Assembly: GCA_965198225.1 (NCBI GenBank)
Contig: CBDAOY010000004.1
Coordinates: 160,001-224,000, forward strand
Source of the DNA: Terriglobia bacterium
GTDB taxonomy: Bacteria; Acidobacteriota; Terriglobia; 20CM-2-55-15
Direction: 5' to 3'
DNA: 64,000 nucleotides
Of this stretch, positions 41,901 through 52,994 are shown in pieces. How positions within the stretch are numbered: the first letter of the stretch is position 1; every line of letters starts with the position of its first letter. Both the position numbers and the translations under genes were made by a program. The notes under the pieces were generated by a model. That model was given only the letters and a program-made list of their open reading frames with translations. It made no database searches and had not been told where the DNA came from.

Positions 41901-42143
41901 CACGTCGTAGGTGGTAAAGCGCACCCCGTCGAACCAGCTGAGACCGTCGTTGGTACAGAACCACAAGTAGCCGCGGGAATCCCGAACGATGCAGCGGACA
42001 TGGTCGTGAGCCAGACCGTCGGACACGTCATAGGTCTTGACGGGAAGCTTCTCGGCGGAGGCGGACGGCGAGAGAATCCACAGCGCAGCGAGCAGCGGCG
42101 CCGCGTAGCGAGAAAGAGTTCCTCCGTACCTGTCGGCTCTCAT
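38942..42143 (-). pseudogene. Sensor histidine kinase (two-component propellers + Y_Y_Y + HisKA_3 + HATPase), frameshifted
   Basis: DGL repeats, YANLSPGTY, IATDLHDDIG; the HATPase part (KEAVNN, DDGRGF, GHGL) is in another frame after an extra G near 39243-39250. Confidence 0.85.
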
Positions 42144-42287
42144 GCTGGGATGCTCCTGAACGCAGTAGTCAAGGATGAACCTGTGTACACCGAGGCTTCA
42201 AGTGCAATGTCCCGAAGAAAACCGCATGAACATGCGCTCCCCGATGCCGCGACCTAGTCCGACGATGGATTGTTCAAAGGAGGACGA

Positions 42288-44570
42288 ATGAAACCAAAGA
42301 TTTGGTTTGAGAAGTCGATGGCGTCGGTCTTCAACTTCCTGGTCGGGTGCGCGCTGCTGATGGTTGGGAGCGCGAGTCCGCTTCTGTCGCAGACGCCGGG
42401 CACCGTCGTGGCTTTTGGCGACAACGTCTGGGGTCAGCTCGGCAACGGATCCACCCAGGACAGTGCGGTCCCGGTGCAGGTGCTGAAACTGACCGGCGTC
42501 GCGGCCATTGCCGCGGGGGGCGGGCACAGCCTGGCGCTTCTGAGGAACGGAGCGGTATACGCTTGGGGGAAGAACGACAGCGGCCAGCTGGGCAACGGCT
42601 GCACGGTCAACGTCGACTGCAAGGACAGCACAGTCAGGGTGCGGGTCAGGCGCGGAGGCCAGCCTCTGAGGGACGTCATCGCCGTCGCGGCCGGCTTCAG
42701 CCACAGCATGGCTTTGACCTCGCGGGGCAACGTCTGGGCCTGGGGAAACAACTCCTCGGGCCAGCTGGGCGACCTCACGATGATCTCCCGAAGCAACCCG
42801 GAATATGTCCAGAGTTTCATAGGCATCCTGGCGGGTGTCCGGACCATCGCCGCCGGCGGCAGCCACAGCCTGGCGGCACTGGCGAACGGGTCTCTCAGGG
42901 CTTGGGGAAACAATACCTTCGGTCAGCTCGGGGATGGCACGTTTAACTTCAAGACCCTGGCGTTTCCGGCCCAGATCGTCAGCGGTATTACGGGAGTTGC
43001 CGCTGGAAGCTGGCACAGCCTCGCGCGCAAGGTGGATGGAACCGTCTTCGCCTGGGGAAGGAACAACCGGGGGCAGCTGGGCGATGGAGGCTTCGGCGAC
43101 AGCAACATCCCGCTGCAGGTTTCCATGGGGGCTCCCCACAACGTCGTCGGTATCGCCGCGGGGCGAGCCCACAGCATGGCGCTGAAACTGGACGGTGCGG
43201 TCTGGACATGGGGTCGCAACGCGCAGGGCCAGCTGGGACGGTTGACGAGCCTTGTCAACGATCCGGTCCCGGCCCAGCTCGCCCTGACCGATGTCGCAAC
43301 GATTTCAGCCGGCGGTAACCATAGCCTGGCAACGCAGCGCGAAGGTGAAGTGTGGGCCTGGGGCAGCAACGCCGAGGGCCAGCTCGGCCTCCCAAAGCCC
43401 GTGATCTACCCCGAACCCGTCCTGGTCAAGACCCTGAGTGGCGTCACGACGGTGGCGGCAGGATTGGGTCACAGTCTCGTCGCCAAGGTGCCGTGGACGA
43501 TGTGGACGTGGGGAGGAGCCGGCCTGGCACAGGGAAACGGCGCTTATTTGACGCGGGACATGCCGGGCCAGGTGAACGGCCCGACATGGGCCGTCGGTCT
43601 CGCGGCCGGAGGTGCCTTCAGCCTCGCGCTGGCGCCGACCGGCAGGGTGTGGGCCTGGGGCCACAACGGCAAGGGCAAACTGGGAGACGGTGGGAGTTCC
43701 TTCGATGGAGCTCCGTTCAGTCCCGTTCCGGTTCAGGTCCGGCTCGGAAACAAGTTTCTGAGCGGTATCAGGAAGGTTGCGGCGGGAGGCGGGCATGGCA
43801 TGGCCCTGCACTGGAAAGGAAGGGTCTTGACCTGGGGTTGGAACGCCTTCGGCCAGCTGGGCGACGGAACGACCGTCGACAAGAATCTGCCTATCGCGGT
43901 ACCGATCAAGTCCGTGGTGGCCATCGCCGGAGGCGGTGAGCACAGCCTGGCTCAAACGAAGGACGGCAAACTCTGGGCATGGGGCAGTAATTTCGGCGGT
44001 CAACTGGGTACCGGTGGCCCGCCCGCCATCGTCACAACGCCCGAACCAGTCGGCCTCAATGGAGTCGTCAGCTTCGTTGGTGGAGATGGCCACACTCTGG
44101 CGATTCTCTCCGACGGCTCGGTGTGGGCCTGGGGCTCCAACGCTAACGGTCAACTGGGCGATGGGTGCAACATCAACGTCAATTGCGTGAACGGTTTCCT
44201 GCCCGCGCCGGTATTGGGTTTGAAAGACGTCGTCGAAATCGCCGCCGGCGCTACCGGTAGTATGGCGCTCAAGTCCGACGGCACGGTCTGGGCCTGGGGC
44301 TATAACGCCGTCGGCCAGCTGGGCGACGGATGTCAGATCGGCCTTACCTGCGTCGACAGTAGCGTGCCGGTCCAGGTGACAGGCCTGCCGCCCATTGTAT
44401 CCATCGGATCCGGCGCATACGGCCGTCTCGCGGCCGCCGACGATGGCACGCTCTGGGTATGGGGTGATGGCAGCAGCGTGCCTCAGCCCGTTCTGAGAGT
44501 CGATGGACTGAAGATCGCGGTGGGAGGGTTCAATGCGCACAACCTGATCGCGTTCCCCAATCCTTTTTGA
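42288..44570 (+). CDS. Secreted RCC1/BLIP-II repeat protein (about 14 repeats)
   Basis: Repeated IAAG..HSLA...G.V.AWG.N..GQLG; aggagg SD; signal peptide. Confidence 0.9.
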   Translation: MKPKIWFEKSMASVFNFLVGCALLMVGSASPLLSQTPGTVVAFGDNVWGQLGNGSTQDSAVPVQVLKLTGVAAIAAGGGHSLALLRNGAVYAWGKNDSGQLGNGCTVNVDCKDSTVRVRVRRGGQPLRDVIAVAAGFSHSMALTSRGNVWAWGNNSSGQLGDLTMISRSNPEYVQSFIGILAGVRTIAAGGSHSLAALANGSLRAWGNNTFGQLGDGTFNFKTLAFPAQIVSGITGVAAGSWHSLARKVDGTVFAWGRNNRGQLGDGGFGDSNIPLQVSMGAPHNVVGIAAGRAHSMALKLDGAVWTWGRNAQGQLGRLTSLVNDPVPAQLALTDVATISAGGNHSLATQREGEVWAWGSNAEGQLGLPKPVIYPEPVLVKTLSGVTTVAAGLGHSLVAKVPWTMWTWGGAGLAQGNGAYLTRDMPGQVNGPTWAVGLAAGGAFSLALAPTGRVWAWGHNGKGKLGDGGSSFDGAPFSPVPVQVRLGNKFLSGIRKVAAGGGHGMALHWKGRVLTWGWNAFGQLGDGTTVDKNLPIAVPIKSVVAIAGGGEHSLAQTKDGKLWAWGSNFGGQLGTGGPPAIVTTPEPVGLNGVVSFVGGDGHTLAILSDGSVWAWGSNANGQLGDGCNINVNCVNGFLPAPVLGLKDVVEIAAGATGSMALKSDGTVWAWGYNAVGQLGDGCQIGLTCVDSSVPVQVTGLPPIVSIGSGAYGRLAAADDGTLWVWGDGSSVPQPVLRVDGLKIAVGGFNAHNLIAFPNPF

Positions 44571-44658
44571 GGCGGCAACGGAGGTGTCGTCAACGACCAT
44601 CCTTGTCCAAAACAGCTTTCGAGGGGAGGGAGTTTTGGAGAGGCGGATCTCCTGAGGA

Positions 44659-44730
44659 GGTGTAGGTGCGGTCTATGACCGCACATTCTTCGAGCCGAAA
44701 CGATGTGCGCTCATAGGGCGCACCTACACC
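44659..44730 (+). repeat. GTAG-REP doublet locus 5
   Basis: Nearly identical to locus 1, including the tail cgatcctgaagtctcgc. Confidence 0.9.
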
Positions 44731-44917
44731 CGATCCTGAAGTCTCGCCCTCTCACACCCGAGACCTCTTCACCGGCTCGACGGCGGGCCCAGGGAAGGCT
44801 CGACGAGGGGAGCATTGGAGGTTCATGTCCTACTCGAGGAGCTTTCCAACGGCAGACACACTCCTGATGAACCTCTCCGATTCTCCCGTGACGGTGTTTG
44901 GGGACTAACCAGTAGGA

Positions 44918-45013
44918 GTGCAGCACACCGAGCCAGAACAAGTCCGTTCGCGGGTCCAGTTCCTTTCCCAAAACCTGCTCGAGTAACATGTAGGCTACAG
45001 TGCCGAATAGCGT
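44918..45013 (-). pseudogene. Degenerate Ser/Thr kinase fragment (subdomains VIII-IX)
   Basis: [26 protein letters not shown] versus [26 protein letters not shown] in the adjacent kinase. Confidence 0.75.
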
Positions 45014-45287
45014 GGCATTTCGTACCCTCCGAGGCAGTAGCGTGGCACTCCGACCTTTCCAGAAATGGGCGGGCTCGCGGGCCGGGTATCGGAGTCTCCC
45101 GGGCCCGGGGATCAGCCGTGAGCCTTGGAGCTATTGTTCTTGGGGATGCTGCCTTGAACGCACATGGTGGTCCCAGTGTCACCCGTCAGACAGCCGGGCC
45201 CGGGCCTTGGTATCTGTAGAGGTTCTGGTAAGATTCACAGCACGTCGCCCGGCCGCAGTCGTATTCGGGAACGATCCATCGAAGATC

Positions 45288-47921
45288 ATGATCGGCCAGA
45301 CCATATCCCACTACAAGGTCCTCGAACATATCGGCGGCGGCGGCATGGGTGTTGTGTACCGTGCCGAGGACACCTCTCTCCAGCGTCAGGTGGCGTTGAA
45401 ATTCTTGCCTTCCGACATCGTAAACGATAGTCAGGCGGTGGAACGGTTCAAGCGGGAAGCTCGTGCGGCGGCGGCTCTGAACCATCCGAACATCTGCGGC
45501 ATTCACGAGATCGATGAACACGAAGGCCACCCGTTCATCGTGATGGAGTTGATGAAGGGGCAAACGCTCAAGGAACGTTTGGTGCGCGGGTCCTTAGGGA
45601 TGGACGAGCTGTTGGAGCTGGGGATTCAGTTGGCCGACGCGCTGGATGCGGCTCATGCCGAAGGGATCGTCCATCGGGACATCAAACCGGCGAATCTTTT
45701 CATCACCGAACGAGGGCGGGCCAAGATTCTGGACTTTGGGCTGGCGAAGCTGATGCAGCCGGGGAACAAAGCGGTCAAACTGAGTCCGACCCCGTCAGCC
45801 GATCTCACGAACGCAGGTGCGGCGCTCGGAACGATAGCTTACATGTCGCCGGAACAGGCTCTGGGTAAGGAAGTGGACCGGCGAACCGACCTGCTTTCGC
45901 TGGGTGCGGTTCTCTACGAAGCGGCGACCGGCAAGCCGGCATTCGCCGGGCCCACATCGGCTGCGATCTTCGACGAAATCCTGCACAAGGAACCGCTCCG
46001 CACGGTGGAACTCAACCCGAAGATTCCCGTCGAGTTGAGGTTGGTCATCAGCAAGCTCCTGGAAAAGAAGCCCGATTTGCGCTACCAGAGTGCTGCCGAG
46101 TTGAGAACGGACCTGAAGAGAGCACAGCGTCATTCGGAGTCCAGCCATGTTGCTCTGCCAGCAGCCGCAAACCGAGCTGAGGACCGAGGTCGGGGAGTCC
46201 TTCTGGCAGGAATCGGAATCCTGGCGTTGGCCGCGGTGTACGCCCTTGTTTTCGGACGGCCGGATGAGCCGCGATTCTCCGACCTCGAAACCACCATGAC
46301 TCGACTGACGTCTCAAGCGGGCCAGGAGTTGTATCCGAGTCTTTCACCCGACGGCCGGTCGATCGTGTACTCAAAGGGGACAGCTCCGGGCAACTCCGAC
46401 ATCTATCTTCTAAGAGTCGGTGGCCAAAGCGTGACTAATCTGACGGCGGATTCGGTGGACTCGGACATCCAGGCGAGATTCTCCCCCGACGGCGACTCGA
46501 TCGCGTTTCAGTCCAGCCGCGACGGTGGAGGAATATTCGTGATGGGTGCGACAGGCGAGTCGGTGAGGCGACTGACGCGATTCGGCTTCAATCCCGCCTG
46601 GTCCCCGGATGGTCGAGAAATCGTCTTTGCGACGGAGTCGGTCGAAACCGATCCCAGAGACAGACTGGGCGAAAGCGGACTGTGGATTGTGGGGCTGGAC
46701 GTCGGAAAAACGAGACTGGCTTTTGAAGGCGACGCCGTGCACCCAGACTGGTCTCCCAACGGCTTCCGTATCGCCTACTGGGCCATCGCCGGCGGGCAGC
46801 GAGACATCTGGACGATCACCTCCGCCGGTGAGGAGGCCGTTCAAGTGACTCGAGACGCTGCGGTGGACTGGAATCCGGTCTGGTCGCCGGACGGGAAGTT
46901 TCTCTACTTCTCGAGCGACCGCAGCGGAAGCATGAATCTCTGGCGGGTTCGGATGGACGAGGAAACCGGCCGGACTCTGGCCGAGCCGGAACCAGTCACG
47001 TCGGGCGCATCGGGCGAAGAAATGTATCTGACCCTGTCTTCAGACGGCAGGAGACTTGCCTACGGGGTGCAGGACCGCAGGGCAAACATCATGATGGTGG
47101 ATTTCGATCCTTCCGCCGGCACTGTTGTGGGTGACCCCATCGCCGTTACCGAAGGGTCGCTTCCGGTCGGTTCGGTCGAGCCGTCGCCTGACGGGACATC
47201 GCTGGTTTTCTACCGGGTCGGGGTGCAGGAAGACATCTTCGTCAGCAATGCCGATGGGACCGGCGTCCGACGGCTGACGAACGATAGCTACTTCGATCGC
47301 TATCCGCGATGGTCTCCCGACGGAGCCAGGATCAGCTTCTATTCGAATCGTGGCAGCGGGTATCAACTCTGGACCATCAACCCAGACGGAAGCAGCCTCC
47401 GTCAGCTCACCAACGACCCGGGAGATCTCGCGCATTCGGCGTGGTCTCCGGACGGGTCGCTCGTGGCGTACACGGACTTCGTCACGGGGTCTTTCATCAT
47501 GGAGGTGGAGGACCAGTCGGTGCAAACACTGCCGGCGCTAACGGACGGGAGCGAATTTTTCGTCGCGTTCTCCTGGTCGCCTGACGGCAACTGGCTGGCC
47601 GGCGCCGGTTTCGACGCGAGACGCATCCCGGAGGAAACGGGGGTGTACGTGTATTCGCTGGAATCGGGGCAGTATGAGAGGTTGACGACTGGGGGCGTGC
47701 ATCCTCGCTGGATCGACGACAGCCGCGCGCTCGTGTACGCGGACCGTGGCACAATCTACATTGTGGACCGACTCACGAAAGAAGTACGGGAGGTGCTGTC
47801 ACTCGACGGCGGCGACCTCCTACTGCCAGCGCCCTCCACCGACAAGCGCGCCCTGTACTATGTCTTCGAACCGCCCACAGAGTCCGACATCTGGATGATC
47901 GAGTTGTCCGAAGCGCCTTGA
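45288..47921 (+). CDS. Hanks-type Ser/Thr kinase with TM and PD40/TolB propellers
   Basis: [24 protein letters not shown]; repeated WSPDG. Confidence 0.93.
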   Translation: MIGQTISHYKVLEHIGGGGMGVVYRAEDTSLQRQVALKFLPSDIVNDSQAVERFKREARAAAALNHPNICGIHEIDEHEGHPFIVMELMKGQTLKERLVRGSLGMDELLELGIQLADALDAAHAEGIVHRDIKPANLFITERGRAKILDFGLAKLMQPGNKAVKLSPTPSADLTNAGAALGTIAYMSPEQALGKEVDRRTDLLSLGAVLYEAATGKPAFAGPTSAAIFDEILHKEPLRTVELNPKIPVELRLVISKLLEKKPDLRYQSAAELRTDLKRAQRHSESSHVALPAAANRAEDRGRGVLLAGIGILALAAVYALVFGRPDEPRFSDLETTMTRLTSQAGQELYPSLSPDGRSIVYSKGTAPGNSDIYLLRVGGQSVTNLTADSVDSDIQARFSPDGDSIAFQSSRDGGGIFVMGATGESVRRLTRFGFNPAWSPDGREIVFATESVETDPRDRLGESGLWIVGLDVGKTRLAFEGDAVHPDWSPNGFRIAYWAIAGGQRDIWTITSAGEEAVQVTRDAAVDWNPVWSPDGKFLYFSSDRSGSMNLWRVRMDEETGRTLAEPEPVTSGASGEEMYLTLSSDGRRLAYGVQDRRANIMMVDFDPSAGTVVGDPIAVTEGSLPVGSVEPSPDGTSLVFYRVGVQEDIFVSNADGTGVRRLTNDSYFDRYPRWSPDGARISFYSNRGSGYQLWTINPDGSSLRQLTNDPGDLAHSAWSPDGSLVAYTDFVTGSFIMEVEDQSVQTLPALTDGSEFFVAFSWSPDGNWLAGAGFDARRIPEETGVYVYSLESGQYERLTTGGVHPRWIDDSRALVYADRGTIYIVDRLTKEVREVLSLDGGDLLLPAPSTDKRALYYVFEPPTESDIWMIELSEAP

Positions 47922-48062
47922 TCAACGGCGCACGGAGAGTTCCACGTTGAGGCGAAGGCGGCTATTCAAGGTATCAGGCCACCGAACCCCCAGACCCACT
48001 TGGTTATTTATGTTGAACTTCTCGTTGCAAGCTTCTTAGCTCGCATGCGTATTCACACCCTT

Positions 48063-50783
48063 TCAATCGGGCAGGGTGATCAGCCAGACGTCGGACTCTG
48101 TCTGGTGAGTGGAGACATAATACAGCGTCCGATCGTCACCAGAGACGACGGGGTTTGACAGGTTTTCCCGGTCTCTGGATAACACTTCCCAAACCTGTCT
48201 TGACACTCGATCCACAGCCCGAAGCCGAAACAAACTCGGCAGCGCCTGGTAAAGAAGGATGCGACTGTCGCTGAGCCAGCGGGGATAGCTGCCCGCGTCC
48301 GTCAATTTTTCGTACCGCTCGGATTCCAACGAATAGACATAGATTCCGTTCTGCCTGTGGTTCCGCAGCGGAGAGTAACCGTGACCGGCCAGCCACTTGC
48401 CGTCGGGAGACCACGACGCAACCGCAAAGAACTCGCCTCCATCCGTCAGCGGCGGCAGTTTCACCGGTGACTGTTCCTCCCATGGCTTGCCGGTCTCCAT
48501 GATGAACGAGGCAGTCCGGAGGTCGGTGTAGGCGACGCGCGATCCGTCCGCGGACCACGTCGGGTAGGACACCTGAAACGATTCGTACGTTAACTGCTCC
48601 AGATTAGCGCCGTCCCGGTCGATTGCCCAAAGCTGATAGTCGCCGCCACGGTTGGAATAAAAGCCAATCCGTCCGCCGTCGGGAGACCAACGAGGAAATC
48701 GGTCGTTATAGATGTCGTTGGTGAGCTGGCGAATGCCCTCTCCGTCGGAGCGGCTGATGTAGAGATCCTCCTGCACCCCGGCCCTCATGTAAACGAGTGA
48801 TTCTCCGTCGGGCGACACGTCGGCGGTTGAAGTAGTCACCGAGCTCCCGGTCACGCCGACCGGTTCACCCACAACCGTTCTTGTCGCTGGATCGAACTCG
48901 ACTCTCATGATGTTGGCGGTGTTGCGAACAACCGCGTAGGCCATTTGCTTCCCGTTCGCGGACAGGCTGAGATGTATGTCGTCGCCCGCGACCGTTGTCG
49001 TCACGGGTTCCGGCCGATCCAGGGTCTCGCCTGTTTTCTCATCGATCGACACGCGCCACAGGCTCATGCTTCCGCCGCGAGAACTCGAAAAGTAAAGGTG
49101 TCTTCCATCTGGTGACCAAACCGGATTCCAGCCGACGGCTTCATCGTCGGTCACGTTGACAGGCGCTCCTCCGTTAGCGGGCATCGTCCAGACGTCCCGA
49201 CGCCCGCCATTAATCGCCCAGAAGGCAATCCGATGGCCATTGGGTGACCAGTGGGGTTGCACCGCATCCCCCCGAAAGATCTGCGTCGTTGTCTCTGTCT
49301 CGAGGTCCACCGTCCAGAGTTCGCTGTTGGCCGCGCTGCGGCTCCTTTGGGTCGTACCGATCGCTTGAGTCGCAAACAGAACCTTCGTCCCGTCGGGCGA
49401 CCAGACGGGATTAAACCCGAAGTCTGTCAGACGCCGCACGTTCTCTCCGGTTGCTTCCATAATGAAGATTCCACCGCCGTCCCGGTCCGAACGAAACGCT
49501 ATCCAATCCCCGTTTGAAGAAAAGTCAGGTTGCAGGTCGTCGGCGTCGGAGTCCGCGGTCAGGTTGGTCGGATTCTCGCCACCTACGCGTTGCAGGTAGA
49601 TGTCCCAGTCGCGGGGCTCTCTGCTCGAATAGACGAAAGTCCGACCATCGGGAGCTAGGTTGGGAAACGATTCCTCGCCGGGCCGGAAGGTCAATTGCTC
49701 AAAGCGGGGGTTGAGCTCCGAGAATCGCGGTTCTTCCGCACGAGCAAAGAAAAGGGCATAGCTTACCCCAGCCAACGCCACCATTCCGATTGTTGTCGCG
49801 ACCATGCCGCGAAGTCGTTTTCCCTGTCCCTCCTCTATTGCTTCCACCGCAACATGGCTCGATAACAATTTGTGCTTCACTCGCTCCAGGTCGGTTCTCA
49901 GCTCAACCGCGCTCTGGTAGCGTAGCTGCGGATCCTTTTCCAGGAGCTTGGTCATGACGAAGCCCAGCTCAGCCGAAACCTTCGCGTTAAGCTCCTCGGG
50001 TGGGGTCGGTTCTTTGTGCAGGATTTCGTCGATGATCGCGACTGGTGAATTGCCGGAGAAGGCCAGGCTGCCGGTGACGGCTTCATAGAGGACTGTTCCC
50101 AGTGAGAACAGGTCGGTTCGCGAATCCACTCCCTTACCTAAAGCCTGCTCGGGCGACATGTAGTCGGCGGTCCCGACGATCGCTCCGGTCGCTGTAAGGG
50201 CTGCGTCGACCGTGGTTCCGGAAATGTGGTCCCGGGTCACCATCGTGGACGGCTCCAACTTGGCGAGACCGAAGTCCAGCAGCTTCGCCTGCCCCCGCTC
50301 CGTCACGAATATATTCCCGGGCTTGATGTCCCGGTGGATAATCCCCTCCGCATGGGCCGCAGCCAGTGCGCTGGCCAACTGGATTCCCAACTCTAAGGCT
50401 TCATCCGTATCCATCGCCCCCGGCAGATACCCTTCCGCCCGCGCCCCATCCTGTGCACCGATGTGCGTCCCGGGCGGATCCGTTTCCTCGAGCCGTTCCG
50501 CGAGTGTCTGGCCTTCCATCAATTCCATCACGATGAAAGGCTTGCCCTCGTGTTCACCGATTTCGTGGATGGCGCAGATGTTGGGATGGTTCAGGGCCGC
50601 AGTCGCACGGGCTTCCCGCTTGAATCGCTCCACGGCATGCGTGTCGTCGGCAATCTCACGCGGAAGGAATTTCAATGCGACCTGACGCCCGAGGGAAGTG
50701 TCTTCCGCCTTGTAGACGACACCCATGCCTCCCTGGCCGATCCGTTCGAGGATGAAGTAGTGAGATATGGTCTTCCCGATCAT
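48063..50783 (-). CDS. Hanks-type Ser/Thr kinase with TM and PD40/TolB propellers (paralogue)
   Basis: GQGGMG, VALK, HRDIKPGN, DFG, SPE; repeated WSPDG. Confidence 0.93.
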   Translation of the reverse strand: MIGKTISHYFILERIGQGGMGVVYKAEDTSLGRQVALKFLPREIADDTHAVERFKREARATAALNHPNICAIHEIGEHEGKPFIVMELMEGQTLAERLEETDPPGTHIGAQDGARAEGYLPGAMDTDEALELGIQLASALAAAHAEGIIHRDIKPGNIFVTERGQAKLLDFGLAKLEPSTMVTRDHISGTTVDAALTATGAIVGTADYMSPEQALGKGVDSRTDLFSLGTVLYEAVTGSLAFSGNSPVAIIDEILHKEPTPPEELNAKVSAELGFVMTKLLEKDPQLRYQSAVELRTDLERVKHKLLSSHVAVEAIEEGQGKRLRGMVATTIGMVALAGVSYALFFARAEEPRFSELNPRFEQLTFRPGEESFPNLAPDGRTFVYSSREPRDWDIYLQRVGGENPTNLTADSDADDLQPDFSSNGDWIAFRSDRDGGGIFIMEATGENVRRLTDFGFNPVWSPDGTKVLFATQAIGTTQRSRSAANSELWTVDLETETTTQIFRGDAVQPHWSPNGHRIAFWAINGGRRDVWTMPANGGAPVNVTDDEAVGWNPVWSPDGRHLYFSSSRGGSMSLWRVSIDEKTGETLDRPEPVTTTVAGDDIHLSLSANGKQMAYAVVRNTANIMRVEFDPATRTVVGEPVGVTGSSVTTSTADVSPDGESLVYMRAGVQEDLYISRSDGEGIRQLTNDIYNDRFPRWSPDGGRIGFYSNRGGDYQLWAIDRDGANLEQLTYESFQVSYPTWSADGSRVAYTDLRTASFIMETGKPWEEQSPVKLPPLTDGGEFFAVASWSPDGKWLAGHGYSPLRNHRQNGIYVYSLESERYEKLTDAGSYPRWLSDSRILLYQALPSLFRLRAVDRVSRQVWEVLSRDRENLSNPVVSGDDRTLYYVSTHQTESDVWLITLPD

Positions 50784-51371
50784 GCGGTTTGTCTTGGGCT
50801 CCTTAGGCAGCGGGTGCCCGTTTCACTCTAGGATGGCTTCGGTGAGGGCGCGGATCCCCTGTAGCCGCGCGACAACTTCCCGATAGAGGACGATATCCAG
50901 GACGTTTCCTTCTACGAGGCGGATCAGACTTGGCCGGACTTGGACAACGCTGTAGTTCAGGAGCCCCAGTTCCTCATCGATCGTCAATTCAGACAGGGCG
51001 TAAGTCGTTCCGAGAGAATCAGGCTGCTCAACCAGCAGGAAAATCAGAATGTGATCGAGCGATTCCAGTAGAATCTTCGATTCTTCCCGGACACCCTTCA
51101 GCGCCCACGGCTCCGACAGGGGCGCGAACCGATAGTGTGAAATCTCTGCGGCCAGCTTCAGGAATGCGTTCACATTCTTCCCGAGCTTATTCAGGTCCCG
51201 CCTGAACCCTGCCTCGAGTTCTTCTTTCGTGGGTAGCCGGGTCGATGTCAGCCATTCCCGGGGATCTTTCCAGATTCCGAGTGCCTTTTCCGCCGCTTCG
51301 AGTCGGAGTTCGCCCTCACGGAACCATTCAGGGCGTTCGTTCTCCGGGAGCTCCGGGTCCTGCGCATAGGT

Positions 51372-52994
51372 GGTTATGTTTCAGAGTTTCTGCAAAAAGG
51401 TCCTGAAATAGGAAAGGGCCAGGGTATCTCCGAAAAGTTGGTAACGAATCAACTTTGAAACGAAGGAGATGAACCGATGGCCCGACCTCAGATTAAGCGA
51501 AAGGGAGTGGATTGGAAAGAACTGTTAGGAGAGGAAAAGGATTTGCTGAAAAGCGTCGTACAGGAGGTGGTTCAAGAGATTCTCGAGGCGGAGATGGACC
51601 AGGTCGTGGGCGCGGTCAAGAGTGAACGAACAGGGGGTCGCACCGGATATCGGAGTGGCTATTACGGACGGGACCTGGTCACACGGGTGGGCAAGCTGGA
51701 GTTGCGCGTGCCGCAGGACCGGGCCGGCCGGTTCAGTACGGAGGTGTTTGAACGCTACCAACGCAGCGAGAAAGCCTTGGTGGCCAGCTTGGCCGAGATG
51801 TACGTGCAGGGCGTGTCAACGCGCAAGGTGAAAGCCATCACCGAAGAACTATGCGGACATTCGTTTTCGGCCAGCACGATCAGCCGGATTAATCAGACTC
51901 TGGACAAGGAGCTGAAAAAGTTTGCAACGCGACGATTGGAGGAAGAATACCCGTACCTAATTTTGGATGCGCGCTACGAGAAGGTGCGCGAAGACGGGGT
52001 CATCCGGAGCCGGGCGGTGCTGGTCGCGATCGGAATCAACTGGGACGGCCGGCGCGGTGTGTTGGCGGTGGAGCTGGCGGGACGGGAAAGCACGACCAGT
52101 TGGCGGCAACTGCTGCTGAGTTTAAAACAACGCGGCCTGTGCGGGGTGGAGTTCGTGGTGACCGACGATCATCCGGGGTTGAAGAAAGCCATCGCGGAAG
52201 TCCTGACCGAAGCGATCTGGCAGCGCTGCTACGTGCACTTTCTCCGAAACGCATTGGATTATCTGCCGCGCAAAGGCGATGACGATTGCCTCCAGGAACT
52301 GCGTTGGCTCTACGATCGGCGGAACCTCCAGGAAGCGCGGCAGGACCTCGCGGCGTGGTTGAGCAAGTGGGGGCAGAAATATCCCAAACTCTGCGACTGG
52401 GTCGAAGACAACATCGACGAGACGCTGAGCTTCTACACGCTGCCGCTTCAGCATCACAAGCACATGAAATCCACCAATATGCTGGAACGGCTCAACGAAG
52501 AGATCAAGCGGCGAACGCGTGTGGTGCGGATATTCCCCAACGCGGCCAGCTGTCTGCGTTTGATTCGGGCACTGACCACCGAGATGCACGAGAACTGGAT
52601 CGAAGCGATCCGTTATTTGAACATGGATCTGTTGAAGGAACACAAGAAGGACTGGCACCGTCAGACGCCTGCCGCGTGAACGCGTCAAAACGGACCGACC
52701 CAAGGATCGGCTCGGAAGCCGATCGTCGATTACAGCGCATCCTGGAGCGAGGAATCTCTGTGGAAAACTTTCAAAGGGCGAAAGAAAGAGAACCAAAAAA
52801 GAAAGAAAGGCAGAGGCCTGATGGAAATGACGCCTCAGAGGAAATCCGCAACAAGACGCGGATTCCCTCTGAGGCTTGGAAAAGCTTCGCCAAGAACGTT
52901 CAGCTTTCCCACATTCCCACAGGCCCGACGGCGATCAACACTCAAGAACTGACTTTTTCGGAAATACTTTTTGCAGAACTTGACGCACACAACT
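51372..52994 (+). mobile_element. IS256-family insertion sequence
   Basis: 8-bp duplication gcataggt (51364-71, 52995-53002); imperfect 27-bp TIR sharing ttctgcaaaaa. Confidence 0.9.
51477..52679 (+). CDS. IS256-family (Mutator-like) transposase
   Basis: LRVPQDR, MYVQGVSTRKV, LDARYEKVR, WQRCYVHFLRN, STNMLERLNEEIKRR. Confidence 0.95.
   Translation: MARPQIKRKGVDWKELLGEEKDLLKSVVQEVVQEILEAEMDQVVGAVKSERTGGRTGYRSGYYGRDLVTRVGKLELRVPQDRAGRFSTEVFERYQRSEKALVASLAEMYVQGVSTRKVKAITEELCGHSFSASTISRINQTLDKELKKFATRRLEEEYPYLILDARYEKVREDGVIRSRAVLVAIGINWDGRRGVLAVELAGRESTTSWRQLLLSLKQRGLCGVEFVVTDDHPGLKKAIAEVLTEAIWQRCYVHFLRNALDYLPRKGDDDCLQELRWLYDRRNLQEARQDLAAWLSKWGQKYPKLCDWVEDNIDETLSFYTLPLQHHKHMKSTNMLERLNEEIKRRTRVVRIFPNAASCLRLIRALTTEMHENWIEAIRYLNMDLLKEHKKDWHRQTPAA

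Noticed and set aside
45000-45287. N-terminal extension of the kinase in the ORF track
   Set aside because: The paralogue starts at MIGKTISHY, so the ATG at 45288 is preferred; the extension overlaps decayed sequence.
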